Shown here piece by piece: positions 39,301 to 44,995 of a stretch of DNA of 59,363 nucleotides. The position numbers and the translations under genes were made by a program. Location of the stretch: the IMG/VR virus record IMGVR_UViG_2873337989_000001. One strand, written 5' to 3'. The notes under the pieces were generated by a model. That model made no database searches and was not told the DNA's origin. It saw nothing but the letters and a program-made list of their open reading frames with translations. The stretch comes from an uncultured virus (IMG/VR IMGVR_UViG_2873337989_000001) (Duplodnaviria; Heunggongvirae; Uroviricota; Caudoviricetes). Each line of letters begins with the position of its first letter. Position 1 is the stretch's first letter.

Positions 39301-40594
39301 CTCCACCGGGGCTCTGCCACTGGGCGCCCCTGCCGCGCAGGGTCACCTTGGAGCCGCCGAACATGTCCGTCTCGACGCCCTCCACCACGCCCCGGACGGT
39401 CACCGTCACGCCCGGCTTGGGCGGGTTCTTCGCCGCCGGGCCCGCGAACCGCTCAGCGTTGGCGGCCGTCACCGGCACGTCGAACGTGACCCGGTCGCCC
39501 CGCTGCAGGCTGCTGGGCACGACGGTCTGCGGCGCCGCCGGGACAGGCTCCTGCCGCGCTTGCGAGGCCTGCTCGGCGGCGAAGAACGCCGCCATTTCCC
39601 TGGCTGCGGACTCCTCACGCCGCTGCTCGTCGTCGGTGGCGAGCCTGATGTAGTACTTGGGCTGGTCGCCGATCGTCAGCGCTGCCGCGCGGTCCTCCGG
39701 CCGCAGCGCCTTCTGGTTGTCCTCCGGGACCAAGGTCGCGTCGGGCTGCCGGTTCAGGCTCCGCAGCGCCTCATCCATCTGCTCGCGCGGCACGTCCGAC
39801 AGCCGCGCCCGCAGGTCCGTGAGCGACACCCAGCCGCCCGGCTCCCGCTCCAACTCCCGCACCATCGCCCGGACACGCTGCTCAACGTCCCCGCCCTGGC
39901 CACCGGCCGAAGGGGCGGAGGTCTCGGCTTCCGCGTCGTCGTCGACCGTCACCTTCGCCACGAGCGCCCGCGCCAGGTCCGCAGCGTTCGGGTCGTCGCG
40001 GCGGATGGCGTCGACGAGCGTCGCGAGCTCCTTCTCGGGCAGCAGACGGGCCATGTCGTCGTCGTCCATGCGCACGTCGACCGGATCGGCCAGGTTGTCT
40101 ACACCGCCGAGCCGTACCGTCCACCCGCCGCCCTCGGCCGGGGTGACCGTCTGGACGATGCCGGTCTGCCGGCTCGTCTCGCCGTCCGCGCGGGTGCCGT
40201 ACAGCAGGACGGGCTGGCCAGGCTTCAGGTCCTTGATCGGGATGCGCCCGTCCGGCGTCGACGGCGTGAACTCCCGGGCGCCCTTACTGGGCTGCTCGAC
40301 CGCCATCCCTGTCGCGGCCTGCGCCTTGGCGGTGGGCTCACTGCCGTCCGGCCGCTTCATCACCGTCAGGTAGTTGCGGTGGACCTGCTGCACCGAGCCG
40401 TTCTGCAGCCGGACCTCGATGCGGCCGCCGCCGACGTTCTTGACCACGGTGCCGCGGCCGCCGCCCCACACTGATACCAGCGCGTTGGTCTCGATGAAGC
40501 GGCCCTTGCGGTCGCGGGGGTGCTGGTCGGCGTCGAACTTGGCTGCCCCGAGCCCGCGGCGTGCCTTGACATCCCAAACGTCGATCTCGGACAA
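27341..40594 (-). CDS. 4417-aa DarB-like polyvalent protein: N6-adenine MTase + SNF2 helicase + SH3/KOW-like repeats + HExxH metallopeptidase
   Basis: VLEPGSGVG, VVGNVPF; AHEVGAGKT, DEAH, ATGT, QREGR..RQGN; VHELGH..E; N-terminal FDADQHPRDRKGRF. Confidence 0.9.
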   Translation of the reverse strand: MSEIDVWDVKARRGLGAAKFDADQHPRDRKGRFIETNALVSVWGGGRGTVVKNVGGGRIEVRLQNGSVQQVHRNYLTVMKRPDGSEPTAKAQAATGMAVEQPSKGAREFTPSTPDGRIPIKDLKPGQPVLLYGTRADGETSRQTGIVQTVTPAEGGGWTVRLGGVDNLADPVDVRMDDDDMARLLPEKELATLVDAIRRDDPNAADLARALVAKVTVDDDAEAETSAPSAGGQGGDVEQRVRAMVRELEREPGGWVSLTDLRARLSDVPREQMDEALRSLNRQPDATLVPEDNQKALRPEDRAAALTIGDQPKYYIRLATDDEQRREESAAREMAAFFAAEQASQARQEPVPAAPQTVVPSSLQRGDRVTFDVPVTAANAERFAGPAAKNPPKPGVTVTVRGVVEGVETDMFGGSKVTLRGRGAQWQSPGGGGGLHGDGLAWELDEDHAVHKTGKAGQEQQPRGAVPVPSAPQSGLFSDVGREAQGTEDMFTAHERDQGPRSEPEPAPPAEPAREEAPEGVPEEAAAPEADSETAATGEERAKALSQQAKEAFEARDYGRAMRLTGEAFEAWPDMPQPTRDRMERNRSVIQSHWRRKGSDEDLAAWAGAQLREQPDTVEVTPLLKDLDRGDRVYLPNPGGRGGREVIITNVPEKVGKGPRARGRISYIGPDGRRGSEARSWNARLTVLRGWEPLPQDDGSAAAPDEGGRLERDLSIRPGLLPRDVEQRLATARGRLVEALSGDDYRAVEQAASDYQRELNAAYQGLPRHMPRRDIAQAEITKTNHAVGAARFEWTHSHNELPDPQTLDMTKLSEAELDELGWRARNSPMGTGVSQQILTMLGDEMSRRRAERERGRDEPTQIDTNRDDPATVSSTMGAPKTGPAPTDDSPAEGEDDGDDDERDRESRAPVLADVPTAGVRGAGESGRALPGPGVSGGGPDRRGGGGSGREGSGRGKLRGSGGQAGERADDRPADGAGRRGVPDARARQGERGTAAGVTPAEESFRPSSQEDLAPAGEKAKARANIAAVRTLRALQAEDRPATEEERRILARWSGWGSLPIVFEPRPLVQEQRFRQSDGTPDQAKFERAVKRWESFAPERAELREMLSDAEWRDAEVNTLNAHYTDAAIVSEVWDAVRELGFNGGNVLEPGSGVGTFIGMAPEGAHMTGVELDPTTAGISQALYPDATVRNESFADTRAPANSFDAVVGNVPFGDYWLVDRDYNPERKHSIHNHFILKSLGLTRPGGLVAVITSRYTMDSEDNSARREMARMGDLVGAVRLPSGAHRKAAGTDVVTDLLIFRKRGEGEPAGDTSWINAPITDVNGSPHPINAYFQQHPEQILGELTTGRGQFTDHDVVVKGDRDAAPAMREALDRIVADAQERGATFEQSDEPVERLQLAARHEGHDGALHLNGDGTFSQVKDGRANPANVHPTQVEQLTALLGLRDVARALLAEENSSESDTPRMDELRAELNRRHDDYTRRWGPTSKRANRRFTPKEAKAKADAEGRKVADSEMAATAIGLLRSDPAGAIVFALDDYDPDTDSTRKADIFDHRVVAAKKTITETDDPGEAMAVVIDRFGELRLDEVAKLLGVDGEEEARQRLGNRVYEQPPFYTESGEPYFLPGQRQYVPAADYLSGNVRQKLALAREAAENDPRFALNAAALEEVLPRDLTPGEIDARMGAAWINAATIQEFLRDILNDPSVKVNHAGGSLWEVNGDKDGYEARHTYGTDRKQWSAIEIAESLLRQATIKVTQSTPGGGSVADPAGTIEAQQKAQEMSERFSEWVWEDPDRAERLARVYNDRFNSIVLRSYDGANPALPGLAHGWKPREHQKAAVARIVNEPAVLLAHEVGAGKTAEMVMGAMELRRTGMSRKPAIVVPNHMLEQFTREFLELYPNAKILAAGTKDLEKDKRREFVARAATGDWDAVILTQKAFEKIDMHPDVQRDYRDDELQKLRAAIERAREFGEDSRLLKRLMRQLVQAEEKLKAKLDSKKDEGAVYFEHTGIDYLMVDEAHMYKNLRTPSRIEGAGIDGSGRASDLHMKLHYLRGRSESGRVVTFATGTDIANSVTEAYVMMRYLRPDLLEEAGIDDFDTWAATFGDVITDIELNPDGNGFRQKARFAKFRNVPELLRIYRVFADVKTADDLGLPTPPVRKDANGNRGETIVVPASPEQLEYITDLGHRAEAVRSGNARKWINGVPEEEWDGPIDPDEDRVVEDNMLKISGDGKRAALDMRLLDPGTPQSGGKLEVAAEKIAEIYQHSKDWQYPVRKDDDELHPTPGALQIVFMDQGTPKKKPGKPRGTKVPAEKLKAGQWLNRSGTPTRITGVAWDDERQAFIVSLDSAIGAVDEIIIARGDTLVTVPDPKLGVPDELVDAPAGDGDVSTWAAYDEMKAQLVARGVPENKIRYIHEANTDAQKAKLFEDARTGKIAVLLGSTEKMGTGTNVQARAVALHHMDCPWRPADLAQREGRVERQGNFNQTMHDKDVRIIRYVTEGTFDGYSWQTVERKQKFIAQMKRGTLDVREIEDIGDAALSFAEVKALATGNPYLMDKAKADTELNRLERLDRAHDRNQGNLAQQITRAEQMVQELTADIGEWQEAIAARVDTRGDNFMIKVGDLETDKRADVYEPLLKAVRDVRDGPAAEDRPVQVGELGGHPIYATKTRRYYGDQLFRVIDVGFDFSGGVSSYRGHQLTDGSGNGMLRALENRLAGLEPQIEAADKRIAHLREQVGKMQGAVGKPFAKAGQLAEARERSRLLGEIIKTQSHLDELKGQPDGDAYKAAVTELALLKGRLDELRPAIMPDPATDPDPDLNVSLDDPTPSVHANDDGFAVADVPDSGEGIGDVSPTSENVEEPEGTFRMGTSDQPTPQPEPDEPTTPAPAGAVERATETVEPGDLMPGDRIRVVRTSDGVRRIRTRFGSYLSQSDGRVWEGTIPDGYQPGQPVRLADVIEFEGDQPARYVPEPGPVRLTEPVDRLGTADAATSTDEAARLRDSRAETRQTNMDEQAERRRQMLDEAGGPALVDAVTTFDAIAEAAENGEVPAADAEIAWVRADAALAAAQDGDLDWIRAAQVKTLRQTLADRLVMLGGDPRAAHRRAAEWEQARQEAERAADDGIPEAAPVEDVSVGDRVDTPDGSETVTVEEVTRAGGLTITTERGEDDRRTLRARREGEQVTKRTRPRRQPEIGPAAASDVVVGEWLINDDGHASKIVGIERDGDRIAFDLLDPDGRPMLIEADAGETVTRGRGLRTKRKRTPKPPSERKPRSTITSLPDGTPATRVRLRSDIRKRVLALALEDDENASEQARTAAARLRASQPVSAEQMRALGQRLRALAGGDMPAVQRRSLERAASWVDGSYARLVGYPAPPHEPHRVAPEKANPENLTAGDVIAIPDHAGGPAVTVRVVDAKPVARFPFVTVTVEHDDGRREQRILAAGVDVFLMPDLPADVEPAPAPERRREHITPDRVQPGDTIRVAGTDRKVVSLWKTSGEFDPVEEWAVIAEGGDGGELTLTSRGFPSVLRVGRGEPSTDQSWEAVLDDSGEGRVDPGAVRVGDRISVDAAHGGAAGTVEQLSPLAGPDGTRIGTTALVRTYADDLATMVMLDDDATLQVTRHASGGDNAELRIARQQARRRKVARVRAVRQALGEAELDLYRSAAAAISDELGMRRVHPPEAGDRAWLRSPDLVEDAWKRLDQQAPALQAARALAGGDEAHAAALADRLAPLVAQIHERAAANLTQSILEVDPLPGETHDQALARMLEQFRTDPPTTVDIPLARRLDVEALFGPADEAPAGLPAVQGSLPERLAAFRRALPANLGEVGHRQVTRTVYKPLDLSDLEDGYDPEIEQVTVTVPDVADDDGPGEHAMRHLAVIKAAGAEVDQALTARLNTPEYREAVAGAQAAEKAMWDAERELAKAESEANRHAFANGLNTPDTTHQKVFDRAEREVNKARKAHQAAKLRVAELRRAAALEVLGQVRSFGGARLEYRTGGGQARKESHKPVQAMRRVEDVYPADWVAFLGDQGPVGLAVAKPDIMGGPGRAGYSRDRHTVVLPDTKPDEQFRAGVHELGHAFQHRLPGLREAERAFLWERTSSGEVGHRERGELVSVGMFPGEVGYDGGFPSKYTGRIYPHGGGEVFTTGMEALMGGADYLDDDMRAWLLGVLAMLGTGKDGPGKDPLDGVDLDELSVEELQALLGQVEWNSPAYERIMAQLRGRIIEGDPLEGVNLEELSAEDLADLLGSLDDNYSAARISEVLNRWDAEDQAERERDARIDALVASGEMDREEAWAHVYGVTVEQMEAERRRSAVDEGVPGESVDRRVRRQYDEWVEFQYGQAEAATNGYMVNARGRAAGVDPKSLFSGDWRRVNAYASDELYNWFRANGWQNYTEYVADVLGRDRDVRAARRSREGRRFTR
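37603..37908 (-). CDS. TnpV-like protein nested in another frame of the giant gene
   Basis: ARRYWQTYLP.AF..L..P..HF..L...V...I...A..LAG...GESF..RVGRL..A...A...VL.E; GAGGGAG RBS. Confidence 0.72.
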   Translation of the reverse strand: MAMTTSEIASLARRYWQTYLPQAFAELENPDEHFLALAYRVEDRIDEVAEDLAGKAPAGESFEDRVGRLANAQTTARQMVLDEEVFLTPEPGRENEELPPA

Positions 40595-40669
40595 GTCGGC
40601 CCCCGTATGCCCCGCGTGTGATGTGTGCGGGGTGCAGGGTGCCGATTCGCGGGCTTAACGTCGCCTCGG

Positions 40670-41563
40670 CTACAGCGGGGGCAGCTCTCGCAGCCGCGCT
40701 TCTGCGTGAAGAACGAACTTGCGCAGCTTGTGGGTGAACTCGCTGAGGTTCATGTGTATGTTCATCGCCTCTCGGAGCAGGAGAGAGAGACGGGCAAGGC
40801 CTGGGTCCGAGGGCAATACGTTCGTTCGCTCCGCAAGGAGTTGGATGTAGGGCTCGGCGTCATTGCTCCAGTCGGTGTGGCGCAGCCGTCTAAGCATGCG
40901 TTCGGCGAGCGGCAAAAGATCTTCGAGCAGCGTATCTAGAGACCAACCCAAGTCCAGCTGTACGAAACGCGGCCGGACGACATCTCTCAGACGGATGAGC
41001 TCCCTCCTCACCTCGCCCACATACTCAGCGAACCCTACATGGACCGGATCGTGTCTCCATTGGTCGATGGCTTCTTGCAGCGCTTGTGCGGCCTCAGGAC
41101 CGGTCGTCTCGGGCATCCCGGCGGCTCTAAATCTCGCGGCGTCAAGGAATTTCTTGAGGGGTGGGTCGTCGCTGGCGGGGCTGAAGGGAGTCTCGGCTGG
41201 CGGAAGCCTGCACACAAACTCCTGAAGCTGCTTCACCGACTCCGAGAAGAGCGCAATAGCAGCTCTGCGCTCTGCTCGTTCCGTCATGCGGTGCGACACG
41301 TCGTGGAGTATCAGGAGGGCGACAGGCACAGCGAAGAAGAAGGCTGTAACGCTGGTGAGGAGGTTGGTGACGAAAGGCACGGACGACCAGGCTCCACGCA
41401 GGTCGCCGCCCACGCCGACAACGATCAGCACCAGGCCGACGCACCACATGACGACCGAGATCCGCCGCGTCGAGATGCCAGCCGAACGCCATGACTGGGC
41501 AAGGAGCCGAAGCAGCCTGGCGAAGTCGGCGAAGAAGCCAGTCTTGCCCTTGCTGTCGTTCAT
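40670..41563 (-). CDS. hypothetical membrane protein (2 TM)
   Basis: GGAGGG RBS, two hydrophobic segments, lower GC. Confidence 0.7.
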   Translation of the reverse strand: MNDSKGKTGFFADFARLLRLLAQSWRSAGISTRRISVVMWCVGLVLIVVGVGGDLRGAWSSVPFVTNLLTSVTAFFFAVPVALLILHDVSHRMTERAERRAAIALFSESVKQLQEFVCRLPPAETPFSPASDDPPLKKFLDAARFRAAGMPETTGPEAAQALQEAIDQWRHDPVHVGFAEYVGEVRRELIRLRDVVRPRFVQLDLGWSLDTLLEDLLPLAERMLRRLRHTDWSNDAEPYIQLLAERTNVLPSDPGLARLSLLLREAMNIHMNLSEFTHKLRKFVLHAEARLRELPPL

Positions 41564-41636
41564 GACCCTCCAGATAGACAGGGCCTACCCCTAGCAGCCG
41601 GTCATTGGCGCAGGTCAGTGTTGATGCAGAGGTTCG

Positions 41637-43910
41637 TTACCTCGCCAAGGAGACGACAAACCGCACCCGGCATCGGCAGTTCGCAACCTCCTCGACGGGG
41701 CCGTCGAAGTCGCCCGGCCATCGCAGCGCGGCATCGCCGACGTCGAAGGGCACACCAGCACGCCGCACCTGGCCGTCCGCCTCCAGATGGGAAGGACGCA
41801 CCTGGCCGTCTCGCCGAGTCCGCCAGGTCGCCGACACCAGGCCGCCGGGCCCCGCAAGGTCGACGGCGACGACGTACTCGACAGCGTGGACAAGCCCAGT
41901 CGCTCCTTGTACGGCGGCGCGGGCCGCCCACCCCTCCAAGTCAGGAAGTTGGGCGCGCACGTCGGCCACCAGGCGGTCGATGTCCTTCCCGGCCGCGTCG
42001 CCGTCGCGGACCAGGTCTCCGAGGCGGCGGGCCGCGCCGACGATCCCCGCGACGAGCCAATTCCGCGCCTCCGCCACGGCGGCGTCGATCGCCGCACCGG
42101 TGGAAGCGTCGGCCGCTGCTCCGCCCGCGAGGCCTCCCGCCGCGGTGGCCGCGACGGCAGCGAGCACCGGGGCAAGCACGGCGGCCGCCTCCTCCTGCCA
42201 CTGGTCGACGTCGGCGACCCGGTCAGCGTCGAGCGGCGCGTCACCCACCCTCGTGTCCGCCTTGTACTCGGCAACGAAATGGCGGGTGCCCTTGCGCAGC
42301 TTGGGAGAGGCGACGCGCGCCGCTGTCCGCTGCACCAGGCGGCGCACCAGCTGCTCGACGGCCTCCCGTACCCGGATCTCCGCGTCGTCCCGGACATCAC
42401 CCGCCCCCGAAGGCTGCGGGTGAGCCTTGGTTTCGGCGCCGTCGAGGAACCCCTGCATCATCGCGAACGCCTGCCCGGTGGCAGGGTCCGACGCGCCGTC
42501 TGCCGTCGCGGCCGGGTCGGCAGACGCCTCTTCCCCTGCCGGGTCTTCGCCGGGCGGCTGCTCGGCGCCTACATCGGTGGCCGCCACGCCTTCCTGAGGC
42601 GGGCCGCTGTCGGGGGAGGCGAGTCCGAGCGCGGCCGCGTCCTCGGGCCGGGTCGGAATCGGCGTCTTACCCATCGCGATGTACAGCGCCCGCGTGTGCG
42701 GCAGCTCGAACGGGTCATACTCGGCGATCACCCGATACTCGTCCAGGGTCAGCAGACCTTCCTTCACCTCCTCGCGGGCTTCGCGCCGGCGGGCCTCGGC
42801 CGAACGGCGTAGCACCTCCACCGTGGAGGTGTCGAACTCGCCGCGCACCCTCGCCGCGGACTCGGCGTTGAACCCGGTCGTCAGGATCCGCATGTGGGGC
42901 GGCATCGTGATCGTCCAGAACGTGAACAGCTCCTGCTCGGCGTTGTCCCACGTCCGCCCCGAGGAGTTGCCGAGTACGGTTTCGCCGACGCCGTACGCGG
43001 CCAGGACCTCTTCCTTCGCACGGGCGGCCATGTCGCCGTAGGCCATGTCACGCGGCGTCGCCGCCAGGTCGACGTAGGAGAGTTTGCCGCCGCCGATCAC
43101 GGTGAGCTTGCCCGCCTCGGCAGGTCCGCGCCCGAAGCGTTCCTCCAGCTTGCGGGCGTCGCTCTCGTTGGCGCGCCCCTCGACCGACAGCACGCCACCG
43201 GGGCGGCCGTCGTTGAGCATGAAACTGCTGTTGTAGATCTTGGCGAGGAAGTCCTGGTCGACCGACAGCCCGGCCGCCTGCAGCGGCGTGATGCCCATGT
43301 AAGGGTCGGTCGGATGCGGCTTGCGGAACCAGCGGACCCGCTCGGCAGGGATCGGGATACGAGTCCCGTCCGGGGTGATCGTCTCGTAGTAGCTGAGCAG
43401 ATCACCGTTCTTGCCCGGCATGGGGCGGGTACGGCCGGGCGGCAGCAGGTCGAGCCTGATCGGCCGCCCGCGCCGGTCGGAGGTGATTTCAACGAACGCG
43501 CCCCGCGGGGAGAGCAGCACCTGGGCCGACAGTCGGTAGCGGAGTTGGCGGCCCGTCTCCAGCTTGTTCGCCTGGCCGTCGTTGAGCAGCTCGACGAGCG
43601 GGTCGTCCTCGACGATTTCGCCGCTCTTGCGGTCGCGGTGCACGTAGTCGAGGTTGGCCTGGTGCTCGGCGATGCTGTCGACGGCCTTGAACACCCACAC
43701 GGTTCTCTCGAACGCCTCGGCGACGGCCCGCTCGACCGGCCAGGCGCGCCGCGCGGCCGCCGACAGGTTGGACGCCCAGTTGGAGACCGACACGGTCCCG
43801 AACCCGCCCATCGAGGAGGCGAGGAGCTGCTTCACCTCAAGGGTGTGGTCGAGTGGGCCGCTCTTGTTCTCGCGGGGCAGGAGACCGGGGAGGAAGGCTC
43901 GGCGTGCCAT
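41637..43910 (-). CDS. HK97-family portal fused to a C-terminal MuF domain
   Basis: D.Y.G.TPL.AA, NDGRPGGVL, LTLDEYR; W.TRRD..VRPSH...RWPGD...NCRC. Confidence 0.9.
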   Translation of the reverse strand: MARRAFLPGLLPRENKSGPLDHTLEVKQLLASSMGGFGTVSVSNWASNLSAAARRAWPVERAVAEAFERTVWVFKAVDSIAEHQANLDYVHRDRKSGEIVEDDPLVELLNDGQANKLETGRQLRYRLSAQVLLSPRGAFVEITSDRRGRPIRLDLLPPGRTRPMPGKNGDLLSYYETITPDGTRIPIPAERVRWFRKPHPTDPYMGITPLQAAGLSVDQDFLAKIYNSSFMLNDGRPGGVLSVEGRANESDARKLEERFGRGPAEAGKLTVIGGGKLSYVDLAATPRDMAYGDMAARAKEEVLAAYGVGETVLGNSSGRTWDNAEQELFTFWTITMPPHMRILTTGFNAESAARVRGEFDTSTVEVLRRSAEARRREAREEVKEGLLTLDEYRVIAEYDPFELPHTRALYIAMGKTPIPTRPEDAAALGLASPDSGPPQEGVAATDVGAEQPPGEDPAGEEASADPAATADGASDPATGQAFAMMQGFLDGAETKAHPQPSGAGDVRDDAEIRVREAVEQLVRRLVQRTAARVASPKLRKGTRHFVAEYKADTRVGDAPLDADRVADVDQWQEEAAAVLAPVLAAVAATAAGGLAGGAAADASTGAAIDAAVAEARNWLVAGIVGAARRLGDLVRDGDAAGKDIDRLVADVRAQLPDLEGWAARAAVQGATGLVHAVEYVVAVDLAGPGGLVSATWRTRRDGQVRPSHLEADGQVRRAGVPFDVGDAALRWPGDFDGPVEEVANCRCRVRFVVSLAR

Positions 43911-43920
43911 CAGCGCCGCC

Positions 43921-44136
43921 TCAGCTCGTCCGGCCGGAGGCGAGGAAGCCGCCCGCGACCATCAGGTAGCCGCCGAGCAGGGCCAGGCCGACGATCGGCT
44001 CCCACACGAACGCTGCCACGACAGTAAGCAGCGCGCCGAGGATGAGCAGGCCCAGCCCTGCGATGTCGCGCTGGACCCGCCGCCAGTACGCCGCCGGGTC
44101 GGGCTGCTCTACGAGCTCATTCGGGTCGAAATCCAC
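43921..44136 (-). CDS. small 2-TM protein upstream of portal
   Basis: GGAGGGG RBS, hydrophobic; a common position in HK97-like modules. Confidence 0.7.
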   Translation of the reverse strand: MDFDPNELVEQPDPAAYWRRVQRDIAGLGLLILGALLTVVAAFVWEPIVGLALLGGYLMVAGGFLASGRTS

Positions 44137-44228
44137 GTGGGCCCCTCCGTGCCGGTGCCCGCCGCCGTGGCTGTGGGGCGGGCTCCGGGGCACGGTAGGG
44201 GCCCAGATCGTTTACGTCGCGCCGGGCG

Positions 44229-44660
44229 TCAGCGGAGCCCGTCCAGGCGGCTGGCCTGCATGCGGGCGGCCGGTTCGAGCTGGCGGCGCATCTTGCGCCG
44301 CTCCCGCAGCTCGCGGGCGACCTTCTCTTTGGCCTGCCGCATGGCGATCTCCTTGGCGGTGGTGCCGGGTGCAGGCTGGATGCGCCCGGCGCGCTCGCTC
44401 TGCTCGCCGCCGACCAGATGGCGGTTGTCTGTGTCGGCCGCGCAGGGCTCCCACACGACCAGATCGAATGGCAGCCAGCACTTCATGCACTTGCGGTCGA
44501 GCGCCTCGTAGACGAGGCCGTTCTCCTCGAAGTCCTCGAAGTGCTTCAGGTCGTCGGGGAAGCTGACGAACGGTTTGTCCGCCAACCTCCACATGAGCTC
44601 GGGGTCGGCGGGCATCATCCACAACGCGAGGCCCCATACGTGGCCCGGCGGGTAAGGCAT
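44229..44660 (-). CDS. hypothetical protein
   Basis: GGGAGA RBS; CMKC..C..H. Confidence 0.65.
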   Translation of the reverse strand: MPYPPGHVWGLALWMMPADPELMWRLADKPFVSFPDDLKHFEDFEENGLVYEALDRKCMKCWLPFDLVVWEPCAADTDNRHLVGGEQSERAGRIQPAPGTTAKEIAMRQAKEKVARELRERRKMRRQLEPAARMQASRLDGLR

Positions 44661-44995
44661 ATGGCTATCTCTCCCAGCAGTGGGCGCGTCACCCCTCGGC
44701 CAGGCGGCGGCGCCGCCGGAGCACCCCCGGGACGGACCGGGACAGGAAAGGGCTCACGGAAGCGGGGCCAGACCAGCTTTCAAGGTTTGTCCGCAGACGG
44801 GTCGGGAAGTCGGAGGGCCCCAAATGGGACTAAGGGCCGCGACAAAAGGTAACGATCACTGTCAGCTGCCGTAAAGAGTGATCGGACACCGGGAGTGACG
44901 CCCCAGGCGGAACATTGGACCGTAACAATCCCGTATCCGTGGCAACCAGAACCGGCTCCCGTGCGTCCCGATCTTCCTCGCAGCCCGGGGGAGGG

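Noticed and set aside
27341..40594. Giant ORF as tape measure protein or intein-containing protein
   Set aside because: Clear MTase, helicase and peptidase motifs, no tape-measure repeats; the helicase insert lacks intein C...HN ends
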